Of a DNA stretch of 64,000 nucleotides, positions 51,882 through 61,651 are shown piece by piece (positions within the stretch are counted from its first letter, which is position 1; each line of letters opens with the position of its first letter). The notes below the pieces were generated by a model. The model was given only the letters and a program-made list of their open reading frames with translations. It searched no databases and was not told the DNA's origin. The translations under genes were made by a program, and so were the position numbers. The DNA is from Polynucleobacter sp. (GTDB taxonomy: Bacteria; Pseudomonadota; Gammaproteobacteria; Burkholderiales; Burkholderiaceae). The DNA lies in contig NZ_JBIIPA010000008.1 in assembly GCF_044342855.1 (NCBI RefSeq), positions 146 through 64,145 of the forward strand. The letters are read 5' to 3'.

Positions 51882-54500
51882 CTAGCTGATTGAATTGCCT
51901 AAAGCCTTAGAAACCACTTCTTTCACATCCGCAGAGAGGGTTTCACATGCTGCAACCTGCCTTAGGGCTGACAGCATCTGCTCCTGATAAACTGGTGCAA
52001 ACTGACGCCAGCGATCTAAGCCCCTGGCCAAACGAGCAGCCACTTGTGGATTGATTGGATCTAAGGCAAGAACGGATTCAGCCCAAAATGCATAACCACT
52101 ACCATCCACTTGATGAAAGCTAGCGGGATTATTCATACAGAAAGCATGAATCACGCTCCGAACCCGGTTGGGGTTATTCATTTTGAAAGCTTCGTGCTCA
52201 CGTAAATGCTTTACTTCACTCAAAGTGGATTCGGTATTAGCAACTGGTGGTCTACCCGATTGCAAAGCAAACCACTTATCAATCACTAAAGCATCATCAG
52301 CAAATCGGGTATAGAAATCTTCCAGACAAGCTGCAGCTGATTTGCATCCATGAATCACCAATCCAGCCAAAGCGGCGTATCGGTCAGTCATATTGTCAAC
52401 ATTTTGATATTGATTGACCGCCATGGGCGCCCAGATCAACGGATCGGCTTCGAGCAGCATGCTCAATGCAAGATTCTTTAAAGCACGCTTGCCAGCACTT
52501 GCTGCATCAGGATTAAATGGTCCTGGCGTTTGCATCTGCCGGTATAGGGCAGCCCACTCGATGCGCAACTCGCTGGCAATAGCGTGACGGAAGGCGCGAC
52601 GTGCAGCATAAATCCGCTGAGGATCAACGCTTGCGCACTGTTCATACAGATAAGTCTCAGCAGGCAAAGTCAGCGACAACTCTTTGAACGCGGGATCCAA
52701 CTCCGGATCGGTCAAGAGAGCGCGATAAGCCTCAATCAGCGCTTTATCAGGCAAGCGATTGCCCAAAATCATTTGCATTGCCAACTTCTGACCAGCCTCC
52801 CAACGATTAAACGCATCATCATCACTCGAGAACATCGTGAGTAGATCAGATTCACTTTGATCAAAACCCAAATTAATCGGGGCTGAGAAATTGCGATTGA
52901 TTGATAGCACTGGGCGACTTGCCATTTGATCAAAAGTCCAAGTTTGCTGATCTTGGTTTAACTCTAATAAAGTCTCGACTTGATCATCCGCAGGAGTTAA
53001 TAAACGCATCTTCAATGGAATATGAAACGGTTTGCTGTCTTTGTGTTCGGCATTTGCTGAAGGGCTTTGCGTCAAAGTAATTTGATATTGCTTTTTGTCC
53101 GCATCGTAGGACTCTTGCACCTCAACCTTAGGGGTGCCTGCTTGGCTATACCAATTCTTAAACTGGGAAAGATCACGGTCATTGGCATCCGCCATCGCCG
53201 CCAAGAAATCATCACAAGTCACCGCTTGACCATCATGACGCTTGAAGTACAAATCCATGCCTTTGCGGAAACCCTCAACACCTAATAGGGTTTGATACAT
53301 GCGCACGACTTCAGCGCCCTTCTCATAGACCGTCACGGTATAAAAATTATTAATCTCTTGATACTCGTCTGGACGAATTGGATGCGCCATCGGGCCCGCA
53401 TCTTCAGGGAACTGTAGTTGACGCAATAAACGCACATCCTCAATACGTTTTACCGCCCTGCCAGACTCACTACCCATTTGATCGGCAGAGAACTCTTGAT
53501 CACGGAATACAGTTAAACCCTCTTTTAGAGAAAGCTGAAACCAATCTCGGCAGGTAACTCGATTGCCCGTCCAATTGTGGAAGTACTCATGGGCTACCAC
53601 GCTTTCGATATTGGCGAAATCAGCATCGGTTGCAGTTTCTGCTTGAGCAAGGACATACTTGGTATTGAAAATATTGAGGCCCTTGTTCTCCATCGCGCCC
53701 ATATTGAAATCACCTACCGCCACAATCATGAAGCGCTCGAGATCTAACTCGAGGCCGTAGCGTTTTTCATCCCAATGAATCGAGGCAATCAAAGAATCCA
53801 TTGCATGACGGGTCTTTTTCAAGTCATGTGGCTCAACCCAAATCTGCAATAGCTTTTTTGCGCCACTACTAGCGGTGATGGTTTCTTCAATGCATTCGAG
53901 CTTTCCAGCGACTAAGGCAAATAAGTAAGACGGCTTTGGAAACGGGTCTTCCCAAACAGCGCTATGCCAACCATTCGGTAATTTTTCAGTGGCAATGAGG
54001 TTACCGTTGGAAAGCAGTACTGGATACTCTGCCTCACGAGCGCGGAGAGTTACCCGATAGCGCGCCATTACATCTGGTCTATCGAGGAAGTAAGCAATCT
54101 TTCTAAATCCCTCAGCCTCACACTGGGTGAAGAAATTTCCATTCGAGACATACAGGCCCATGAGAGAAGTATTTTTCTCAGGCACACAAACGCAGATGAT
54201 CTCAACAATGAAAGCTTGCTTACCTTCATTGGGCAGCGCATGAATCGTTAACGTTTCTGGAGTCAACTCAAACTGACGGTGTGCTTCACCATTAATACAC
54301 AAACTCACAAACTCCAGTTCATGACCTTGCAATACCAAAGGCGTGCCAGCTTCATGCCCAGCACCAGGAAGAACCTCTAGGCGACTCTTCACAATCGTCC
54401 TAGCAGGATCTAAAGCAATGTCTAACTCAACCTGTGAAAAGGTGTAATTGGGAGCGCGGTATTCGAGCCTGCGAAAGCTCTGTGGCAGATCAGTTTTCAT
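51882..54500 (-). CDS. pepN: aminopeptidase N
   Basis: 872 aa with GAMENKG and the HEYFHNWTGNRVT...E zinc-binding M1 signature. Confidence 0.95.
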   Translation of the reverse strand: MKTDLPQSFRRLEYRAPNYTFSQVELDIALDPARTIVKSRLEVLPGAGHEAGTPLVLQGHELEFVSLCINGEAHRQFELTPETLTIHALPNEGKQAFIVEIICVCVPEKNTSLMGLYVSNGNFFTQCEAEGFRKIAYFLDRPDVMARYRVTLRAREAEYPVLLSNGNLIATEKLPNGWHSAVWEDPFPKPSYLFALVAGKLECIEETITASSGAKKLLQIWVEPHDLKKTRHAMDSLIASIHWDEKRYGLELDLERFMIVAVGDFNMGAMENKGLNIFNTKYVLAQAETATDADFANIESVVAHEYFHNWTGNRVTCRDWFQLSLKEGLTVFRDQEFSADQMGSESGRAVKRIEDVRLLRQLQFPEDAGPMAHPIRPDEYQEINNFYTVTVYEKGAEVVRMYQTLLGVEGFRKGMDLYFKRHDGQAVTCDDFLAAMADANDRDLSQFKNWYSQAGTPKVEVQESYDADKKQYQITLTQSPSANAEHKDSKPFHIPLKMRLLTPADDQVETLLELNQDQQTWTFDQMASRPVLSINRNFSAPINLGFDQSESDLLTMFSSDDDAFNRWEAGQKLAMQMILGNRLPDKALIEAYRALLTDPELDPAFKELSLTLPAETYLYEQCASVDPQRIYAARRAFRHAIASELRIEWAALYRQMQTPGPFNPDAASAGKRALKNLALSMLLEADPLIWAPMAVNQYQNVDNMTDRYAALAGLVIHGCKSAAACLEDFYTRFADDALVIDKWFALQSGRPPVANTESTLSEVKHLREHEAFKMNNPNRVRSVIHAFCMNNPASFHQVDGSGYAFWAESVLALDPINPQVAARLARGLDRWRQFAPVYQEQMLSALRQVAACETLSADVKEVVSKALGNSIS

Positions 54501-54533
54501 AGGGCAATTTTAAGCCCCTTGGAAAATTTCGAC

Positions 54534-55109
54534 CTAAGCCCAGATGAGGGTAGCAATACCGATGGCAATGAAGGTCACGGCAGCTATAGCATGCACCCAC
54601 TTAATGGGCATACGCTTGGTAAATTTCTGCCCAATCCAGACTGCTGGAGCATTAGCCAACATCATCCCCAAAGTGGTGCCAACCGTTACTGAAAAGACAT
54701 CAGAGTATTTAGCACCCAGAGCGATCGTAGCAATTTGGGTCTTATCCCCCATCTCCGCCAAGAAAAAGAGTCCAACCGTCAACATGAATACTTGAAAGGC
54801 TTTATCAACCACCTTTGACCCACCAGCATCATCAATGTGATCGGGTACTAATAGCCAAAGACCAATTCCTAAAAAGCTCAAGCCCAAGACCCACTTCAAA
54901 AGATCTGGGCTCATAAAAGTGGTTAACCAATGCCCCAGGAAGGCTGCGCAAGCATGATTGGCAATCGTCGCAATGAATATCCCACCAATAATGGCAAGCG
55001 CCTGTTTTGGATAACGCGCAGCCAGCATTAAAGAGAGTAATTGGGTTTTATCTCCCATCTCAGCGAGAGCGACCACACCAGTAGAAAGTGCTAAAGCAGA
55101 TAAGTCCAT
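54534..55109 (-). CDS. TMEM165/GDT1 (UPF0016) family cation transporter
   Basis: 191 aa with 6 TM helices and two copies of the E-x-G-D-K-T motif (AEMGDKTQ). Confidence 0.8.
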   Translation of the reverse strand: MDLSALALSTGVVALAEMGDKTQLLSLMLAARYPKQALAIIGGIFIATIANHACAAFLGHWLTTFMSPDLLKWVLGLSFLGIGLWLLVPDHIDDAGGSKVVDKAFQVFMLTVGLFFLAEMGDKTQIATIALGAKYSDVFSVTVGTTLGMMLANAPAVWIGQKFTKRMPIKWVHAIAAVTFIAIGIATLIWA

Positions 55110-55130
55110 ACTCTGAATGATAGAGGAAAG

Positions 55131-55152
55131 CTTGGGAGTCTAGACTCCCAAG
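55131..55152 (-). terminator. perfect 22-nt palindrome after ald
   Basis: CTTGGGAGTCTAGACTCCCAAG lies between the ald stop and the next gene's start. There is no clear T-run, so its function is uncertain. Confidence 0.4.
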
Positions 55153-55183
55153 ACATTCAATCTCCAGGACTGTATTGAAACTA

Positions 55184-56302
55184 CTAGGCTACTAACATCT
55201 CTTCTGCCGGAACAAAGTCGACTTTCTGCGCTTTCGCTACTGGCTCAGAAGTGAGGTTACCTCGATGCACACTCAATCCATTTCGCAGATGCTGGTTATG
55301 TGAGAGGGCTTTCACCATTCCGCTGTTTGCCAAGGCCTCAATGAATGGATAAGTTGCATTCGTCAGAGCAAAAGTGGAGGTTCTAGCAACAGCTCCCGGC
55401 ATATTTGCAACGCAGTAGTGCAGTACACCATCTACGATAAAGGTAGGATCTGCGTGGGTAGTGGCTTTAGATGTTTCAAAGCAGCCGCCTTGATCAATTG
55501 CCACATCCACTACTACTGCACCCGTTTTCATTTTGCGCACCATCTCTCTGGTCACTAACTTTGGAGCTGCAGCGCCAGGCAACAATACGGCACCAATCAC
55601 AACATCTGCCTCACAGACTTCTAACTCCACTAAAAGTGGGTCGGCGTAAAAGGTTCTCACACGATTGCCATAGAGCATATCAATCTGTCTTAAGCAATCA
55701 ATGTTGCGATCGAAAATGCAAACATCTGCACCCATACCAACCGCCATCTGTAAGGCATTGCGCCCCACTACACCTGCACCCAATATAACCACCTTTGCAG
55801 GTGCCACTCCAGGCACACCCGCCATTAAGATGCCTAAACCTCCATTTGTTTTTTCCAAATGCGAAGCCGCTGCTTGAATGGACATCCTGCCAGCAACCTC
55901 ACTCATTGGAGCTAGCAACGGTAATGATCCACTACAGGAGGTAACAGTCTCATAAGCGATGCAACTCGCGCCTGAGGCAAGCAACGCCTTGGTTTGCTGT
56001 GGATCTGGCGCTAGATGTAAGTAGGTAAAGAGAATTTGCTCTTCACGTAACATCGCACACTCTTGTGGCTGAGGCTCCTTCACCTTCACCACCATCTCTG
56101 CTTTTGCAAACACCTCGGCAGCGCTATTAATCAAGGTAGCGCCAGCTAAGCGATACGATTCATCACTCAAACCAATTTGCTCACCTGCACCACGCTGGAT
56201 TAAAACGGAGTGACCGTGTTTGCACAAGCCCCTCACATTACCCGGAGTTAAGCCAACACGAAATTCATTATTTTTTACTTCTTGAGGTACGCCAACAATC
56301 AT
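55184..56302 (-). CDS. ald: alanine dehydrogenase
   Basis: MIVGVPQEVKNNEFRVGLTP N-terminus and the ILGAGVVG NAD-binding motif. 372 aa. Confidence 0.9.
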   Translation of the reverse strand: MIVGVPQEVKNNEFRVGLTPGNVRGLCKHGHSVLIQRGAGEQIGLSDESYRLAGATLINSAAEVFAKAEMVVKVKEPQPQECAMLREEQILFTYLHLAPDPQQTKALLASGASCIAYETVTSCSGSLPLLAPMSEVAGRMSIQAAASHLEKTNGGLGILMAGVPGVAPAKVVILGAGVVGRNALQMAVGMGADVCIFDRNIDCLRQIDMLYGNRVRTFYADPLLVELEVCEADVVIGAVLLPGAAAPKLVTREMVRKMKTGAVVVDVAIDQGGCFETSKATTHADPTFIVDGVLHYCVANMPGAVARTSTFALTNATYPFIEALANSGMVKALSHNQHLRNGLSVHRGNLTSEPVAKAQKVDFVPAEEMLVA

Positions 56303-56312
56303 TTATGTCTCC

Positions 56313-57695
56313 TTATTTGAATTCACAACTCAGTTTTGTTTTGCGATGTAAGCCAACGATGTAGAACATAGCCAGATACACGCCTAATAAACACGGACCT
56401 AAAACCAATGCAATCCGAGCATCCTCATGAAAGCCCATTAACACCACCACCAAGGCAATAAATGCCAATGCGAACCACGAGGAATAGGGCCACCATGGCG
56501 TGCGATATGCCAACTCAGCAGCCTGGGCTTTTGTAAGGGAGCGGCGAAATTGAATTTGGGTGAGCAAGATCGCAATCCACACCATCAATCCAACAAAGGT
56601 AACCGCAGCCATGACATACTGAAATGCTTTATCTGGTACGAAGTAATTGAGCACCACTCCAGTCATACAAACTGCTACCGTCGCCATCACCGCACGATGT
56701 GGCACACCGTACTTGGATAGCTTGGCAAATGGCGAAGGTGCATAGCCATTAACTGAGAGTGCATATAAGAGACGTCCACCGCTAAAGATACCTGCGTTGC
56801 AAGATGACAAGGCGGCAGTAATCACTACAAAGTTAATAATTCCAGCAGCTTCACGCAAACCAATTCGCTCAAACATCACAACGAATGGACTACCTTGTTG
56901 ACCAACTTCATTCCAAGGGAAGATCGCCAAAATGACAAGGATTGCACCCATGTAGAAAATCAAGATGCGCCACGCCAGAGAATCAATCGCCATCGGAATA
57001 GTTTTGCGTGGGTTCTCTGCCTCACCGGCTGATAAACCAATCATCTCAATGCCAACGAAAGCAAATAAGACCATCTGCAAAGAAAGTAGCATTCCACTAA
57101 TACCATTCGGGAAGAAACCTCCGTGCTGCCATAAGTTACCAAAGCCAATGGGATTCCAGTCGTTGGTGAAGCCAAAGAAAATGACTGAACCACCCAATGC
57201 AATCATGGCAACAATAGCGACTACTTTAATGAGAGCAAACCAAAACTCAAACTCGCCAAATACTTTTACGGCAATGAGATTGATTAGGCCCATCATCACA
57301 ATGGAAGACAAAGCCCAGATCCACTGAGGCGCTTCAGGAAACCAAATAGTCATGTAGATGCCAACAGCAGTCACTTCAGCTATTCCAACAACAATCCAAT
57401 AGGTCCAGTAACCCCATCCGACCATATAACCTGCAAGTGGCCCCACGTAAGTATTGGCATAAGCTGCAAATGAACCTGCGACCGGTTCATGCACTGCCAT
57501 CTCACCCAAAGCGCGAAGGACGATGAAGGCAACGATGCCAGCCAGTAGATATCCCAACAAGATTGAAGGTCCCGCGATCTGAATCGCACTTGCCGAGCCT
57601 AGAAATAATCCAACCCCGATAGTGGACCCCAATGCCATGAGGCGAATGTGCCTCACTTTGAGGTGGCGTTGTAAACCAGTTTGTTCAGTCTGCAA
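56313..57695 (-). CDS. APC-family amino acid permease (CycA/AroP-like)
   Basis: 12 TM helices and LKVRHIRLMALGSTIGVGLF near the N-terminus. The start was set to the TTG at 57695, which has AGGAGG 6 nt upstream. It sits 10 nt upstream of ald. Confidence 0.8.
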   Translation of the reverse strand: MQTEQTGLQRHLKVRHIRLMALGSTIGVGLFLGSASAIQIAGPSILLGYLLAGIVAFIVLRALGEMAVHEPVAGSFAAYANTYVGPLAGYMVGWGYWTYWIVVGIAEVTAVGIYMTIWFPEAPQWIWALSSIVMMGLINLIAVKVFGEFEFWFALIKVVAIVAMIALGGSVIFFGFTNDWNPIGFGNLWQHGGFFPNGISGMLLSLQMVLFAFVGIEMIGLSAGEAENPRKTIPMAIDSLAWRILIFYMGAILVILAIFPWNEVGQQGSPFVVMFERIGLREAAGIINFVVITAALSSCNAGIFSGGRLLYALSVNGYAPSPFAKLSKYGVPHRAVMATVAVCMTGVVLNYFVPDKAFQYVMAAVTFVGLMVWIAILLTQIQFRRSLTKAQAAELAYRTPWWPYSSWFALAFIALVVVLMGFHEDARIALVLGPCLLGVYLAMFYIVGLHRKTKLSCEFK

Positions 57696-57910
57696 AAGAG
57701 ACCTCCTTTCGATTTGTCGTTGGTAAATCACCAACGAAGCAAAGTCTAGGGAGGACTGCGCATCTACACTAGGGCAGAAAAATACGAAAAGTATTTATAC
57801 AAATAAATGTGCTGCGTAAGAAATAGGCAAGCTACGTAAGTACCAGCCTAATAGCGAATTAATAAATTTGGGATGACATCAGAATCCGTAATTTCCTACA
57901 GGGATACCCC

Positions 57911-58693
57911 TTAAGGATTTACTGGCTGATTTGAAGAAATGCATTGCTGAGCAGCAATGAGATTTAAAACTTCGGCAGCTGCAGCCAAACCACAGGCTGC
58001 AGTAACCATCACAGTGGAACCGTAACCAGAACAAGCAAGGCCACCAGTAGCAACCCCTGCACGAGGCTCGTGCGAATAGATTGCGCGAATCCCAATTTTT
58101 CTCTTCAGATTTCTAGAGAAGCCATGATCCTGTCTGAGACCTTGGCGTACTTTTGCCAGCAACGCATCTTGCTCCGTTCTAGAAAGATCGTCGCATCGCA
58201 CAGAGGTAGGATCTGATTTCCCACCAGCAGCACCACACATTACTAGAGCACGCTGATTTTTATTTGCCCAAACTGCCAAAGCAATTTTGGTTTGTACCGA
58301 ATCGGTTGCATCTAAAACAATCGCATTTTTAGGAATTAAAACATCAAGATTTTCTGGCTCCAAAAATGCATCATGGGTAGTGATCGTAATTTCAGGATTA
58401 ATGAGCCTAATGCGATCCGTCATGGCCTGTACTTTTGCCTTGCCAAACTCGCCCTCAAGCGCATGCAACTGACGATTGGTGTTGCTTTCGGCAATGTGAT
58501 CAAAATCAATTAAGACAAGATGGCCAATGGCCGTGCGAGCTAAAGCTTCAGCAGCCCAAGAACCTACCCCGCCCAATCCAGCCACGACGACTTTGGCGTG
58601 ATGAAAACGCTCACGCAGCTCTGGTCCATATAGCCGTGCTACACCCCCAAAGCGACGATCTCCCACACTGTCCTCTATCTTGTCTTCTGCCAT
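57911..58693 (-). CDS. tcdA: tRNA threonylcarbamoyladenosine dehydratase (ThiF-family, TcdA/CsdL-like)
   Basis: 260 aa with FGGVARLYG and the [18 protein letters not shown]1-like nucleotide-binding motif. Confidence 0.75.
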   Translation of the reverse strand: MAEDKIEDSVGDRRFGGVARLYGPELRERFHHAKVVVAGLGGVGSWAAEALARTAIGHLVLIDFDHIAESNTNRQLHALEGEFGKAKVQAMTDRIRLINPEITITTHDAFLEPENLDVLIPKNAIVLDATDSVQTKIALAVWANKNQRALVMCGAAGGKSDPTSVRCDDLSRTEQDALLAKVRQGLRQDHGFSRNLKRKIGIRAIYSHEPRAGVATGGLACSGYGSTVMVTAACGLAAAAEVLNLIAAQQCISSNQPVNP

Positions 58694-58715
58694 AGCTTCT
58701 CTTTATACTGAAAAA

Positions 58716-59351
58716 ATGGACTCCATCGCTCAACTCCGCAAAAACTATACCTTTGGCCAGCTTTCAGAGACCGAGGTTCCGCCCAATCCACTGAGCTTAT
58801 TTCAAGTTTGGTTTGATCAGGCCGTCAAAGCGGAATGTCCTGAACCCAACTCGATGACTTTGGCAACAGCAGATACTGCAGGCAATCCATCAGCTCGTAT
58901 TGTCTTACTAAAAGGCGCTGACGAGGGAGGCTTTACCTTCTTCACCAATTACGAAAGCCAAAAAGGTAAGGATTTGGCCGCTCGCCCTCATGCTGCTTTG
59001 TTATTTCACTGGCATGAACTAGAGCGCCAGGTTCGCATCAAAGGGGTGGTTGAGCGTGTCAGCCCTATCGAGAGTGATGAATACTTCCACTCTCGCCCAG
59101 CAGCTTCCCGTATTGGGGCTTGGGCTTCGCCACAAAGTGCTGAGATTCCTAATCGCGAATTTCTCGAAGAAGCTGAAAAACGTTTCGCAGCTGATTTTGG
59201 AGATAAGCCACCAAGACCTGAGCATTGGGGCGGTTATCGCCTGCACCCTACCGAAATTGAATTCTGGCAAGGTCGACCTTCCCGCCTACATGACCGCATT
59301 CACTATCAACTCGATGGTGCTCACTGGCGTATTGCTCGCCTAGCGCCTTAA
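58716..59351 (+). CDS. pdxH: pyridoxamine 5'-phosphate oxidase
   Basis: 211 aa starting at the ATG at 58716. [17 protein letters not shown] and [24 protein letters not shown] motifs. Confidence 0.9.
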   Translation: MDSIAQLRKNYTFGQLSETEVPPNPLSLFQVWFDQAVKAECPEPNSMTLATADTAGNPSARIVLLKGADEGGFTFFTNYESQKGKDLAARPHAALLFHWHELERQVRIKGVVERVSPIESDEYFHSRPAASRIGAWASPQSAEIPNREFLEEAEKRFAADFGDKPPRPEHWGGYRLHPTEIEFWQGRPSRLHDRIHYQLDGAHWRIARLAP

Positions 59352-59382
59352 TAAGGATTCAACTGCGCCTGATCTGATTTCT

Positions 59383-59955
59383 CTAGAGAAACTCTGGCGC
59401 AATCAGAGATTGGAACTTAGCTCTAAATTTTGCCAACTTAGGGGCAACGACTGCCATGCAGTAGCCCTGCCCCGGATGCTGACGAAAATAATTCTGGTGA
59501 TAGTCCTCGGCTGGATAAATAACCGGCGCCACATCAATTTGAGTCACCACTGGATTGGAATAGATCTTCGACTCCTTCAGCTCTTTAACTACCTCATGGG
59601 CGGTTGCGCTTTGGCTATCGCTATGAGTAAAGATCACTGAACGGTATTGAGTGCCATGATCATTGCCTTGATAGTTCAAGGTAGTTGGATCATGAATAAC
59701 AAAAAAGATTTCCAATAAGTCACGGTAAGAGACTTGTGCCGGATCAAAATAGACATCAACGATTTCAGCGTGTCCCGTTAGGCCTGAGCAAATAGACTCA
59801 TAGTCAGGGTTTGGTATCGCTCCTCCTGCGTACCCCGAAACTACTGCGCTCACGCCTGCGATTTGCTGGTAAACCGCCTCTAAGCACCAGAAACAGCCGC
59901 CTCCCAAAGTGGCGAGTTCAAGACTGGGGTGGTTTTTGAGTATGGATTCGTTCAT
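59383..59955 (-). CDS. msrA: peptide-methionine (S)-S-oxide reductase
   Basis: GGGCFWC active site and GHAE..V.FDP. Confidence 0.95.
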   Translation of the reverse strand: MNESILKNHPSLELATLGGGCFWCLEAVYQQIAGVSAVVSGYAGGAIPNPDYESICSGLTGHAEIVDVYFDPAQVSYRDLLEIFFVIHDPTTLNYQGNDHGTQYRSVIFTHSDSQSATAHEVVKELKESKIYSNPVVTQIDVAPVIYPAEDYHQNYFRQHPGQGYCMAVVAPKLAKFRAKFQSLIAPEFL

Positions 59956-60005
59956 ACCTTTATCCTAATGCCTTATTCAATCGTTTGCTTGCCCTACAAA
60001 ACCCC

Positions 60006-61409
60006 ATGTCGATAAATCGCCTCACACTCCAGTTAGATGAAATCAAGGCAGCTTATGCTGCAGAACCCAACCCTACACTAGAGGTTCGCCTTGAGCGAAT
60101 TGAGCGCATTGAGCAAATGATTTCTGCCAATGAAGAAAAAATCTGCAAAGTCTTGGCCGCAGACTTTGGCATTCGCCACTCGATTGAGAGTCAACTTCTA
60201 GAAGTTCAGATGATCTATCAGGCATGCAAATATGTTCGCAAACACCTTAAAGAGTGGATGAAGCCTCAGCTAGTGACAACACCAGGATTCTTAGGCTCAT
60301 CTCACGCTTGGACTCAAATGCAATCCATGGGTGTGGTTGGCATTATGACTCCTTGGAGTTACCCTGTGCAACTAGCGCTTGTTCCAGCCATCGCTGCATT
60401 TGCAGCAGGTAACCGAGTTTGGCTCAAACCATCAGAAAGAAGCTCACGTACATCTGGATTCTTAGCAACGTTAATCCAAGAATATTTTCACCCAAGCGAA
60501 TTTTGCGTAAGTGTTGGTGGCACTGAAGTTGCTGAATCTTTTGCAGCGCTCCCCTTTGATCACCTCTTTTTTACGGGTTCAGGAGAGATTGGTAAGAAAG
60601 TGATGCGCGCAGCTGCAGATCACCTGACGCCCATCACCCTTGAGCTAGGCGGCAAATCCCCGGCGATTGTCGATTCCTCGGCCAAGCTAAAAGACGCTGC
60701 CGCTAGCATCATTTATGGCAAGCTGGTAAATGGCGGACAAACCTGTATTGCGCCTGATTACGCGGTAGTTCATGCAAGTGATTGCGAGGCATTTATCCAA
60801 GAGTTGCAGAATGCAGCTCAAAAACAATTCTCGAATCCAGAGGAATTGACTGGTGCGATTGACGAGCAGCAGCTAGTACGTTGGCATCAACTAGTTCAAG
60901 ATGCGGTAGATCGTGGGGCACAAGCCGTCCCACTCATCCATTCTGCTGATAACACTGAGTTGCCATTCACACCGGTAGCGCTCTTAAATGTTTCTGAAGA
61001 TGCACTCATCATGCAAGAAGAAATATTTGGACCCATCTTGCCAATCGTAGCAATCAACGATACCGACTCAATAATTCACTACATCAATAAACGTCCAAAG
61101 CCATTGGCCTTGTACTGGTTTGGCAAAAATAAAAAGGTGATGCAACGCATTCTGAATGAGACTTGCTCTGGCGGCGTCACCATCAACGACACCCTATTGC
61201 ACGCAGCTATCGAAGACTTACCATTTGGCGGCATCGGTGCGAGCGGTATGGGTGCATATCATGGCAAAGCTGGTTTTGAGGCTTTTAGTCACCGCAAATC
61301 GGTTTTAGAAGTTCGCGGTTTCTTTGGACTCAATTTCTTACGCGGCACTAAATTAGCGAGACCACCCTATGACAAAGGTGTTGAGCGTTTATTGCGCTGG
61401 CTGCGTTAA
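60006..61409 (+). CDS. NAD(P)-dependent aldehyde dehydrogenase (ALDH3 / coniferyl-aldehyde DH type)
   Basis: ELGGKSP, the catalytic Cys in GQTCIAPDY, and EEIFGPILP. The start was trimmed to the ATG at 60006. Confidence 0.85.
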   Translation: MSINRLTLQLDEIKAAYAAEPNPTLEVRLERIERIEQMISANEEKICKVLAADFGIRHSIESQLLEVQMIYQACKYVRKHLKEWMKPQLVTTPGFLGSSHAWTQMQSMGVVGIMTPWSYPVQLALVPAIAAFAAGNRVWLKPSERSSRTSGFLATLIQEYFHPSEFCVSVGGTEVAESFAALPFDHLFFTGSGEIGKKVMRAAADHLTPITLELGGKSPAIVDSSAKLKDAAASIIYGKLVNGGQTCIAPDYAVVHASDCEAFIQELQNAAQKQFSNPEELTGAIDEQQLVRWHQLVQDAVDRGAQAVPLIHSADNTELPFTPVALLNVSEDALIMQEEIFGPILPIVAINDTDSIIHYINKRPKPLALYWFGKNKKVMQRILNETCSGGVTINDTLLHAAIEDLPFGGIGASGMGAYHGKAGFEAFSHRKSVLEVRGFFGLNFLRGTKLARPPYDKGVERLLRWLR

Positions 61410-61651
61410 TCCGATTGCTTGTAATTAATTCGGGAAAACCCTTGTAATTAGCATCTTAAAATGCCATAATAAAAGGCTTTTTAAAGCAATTTGATTCATC
61501 GCCCCCCAGCTATATTTCAGCGATTAGTTTAGAAGTCATAAACACAACAACGCTGCCGCCTGTCTGATGGTCGATGCCTTTGACCATCACACTCAATAAA
61601 AAACAGAGAGTGTATACACGGAGACATCCCTTAAACGGGATGTGTAATAGC

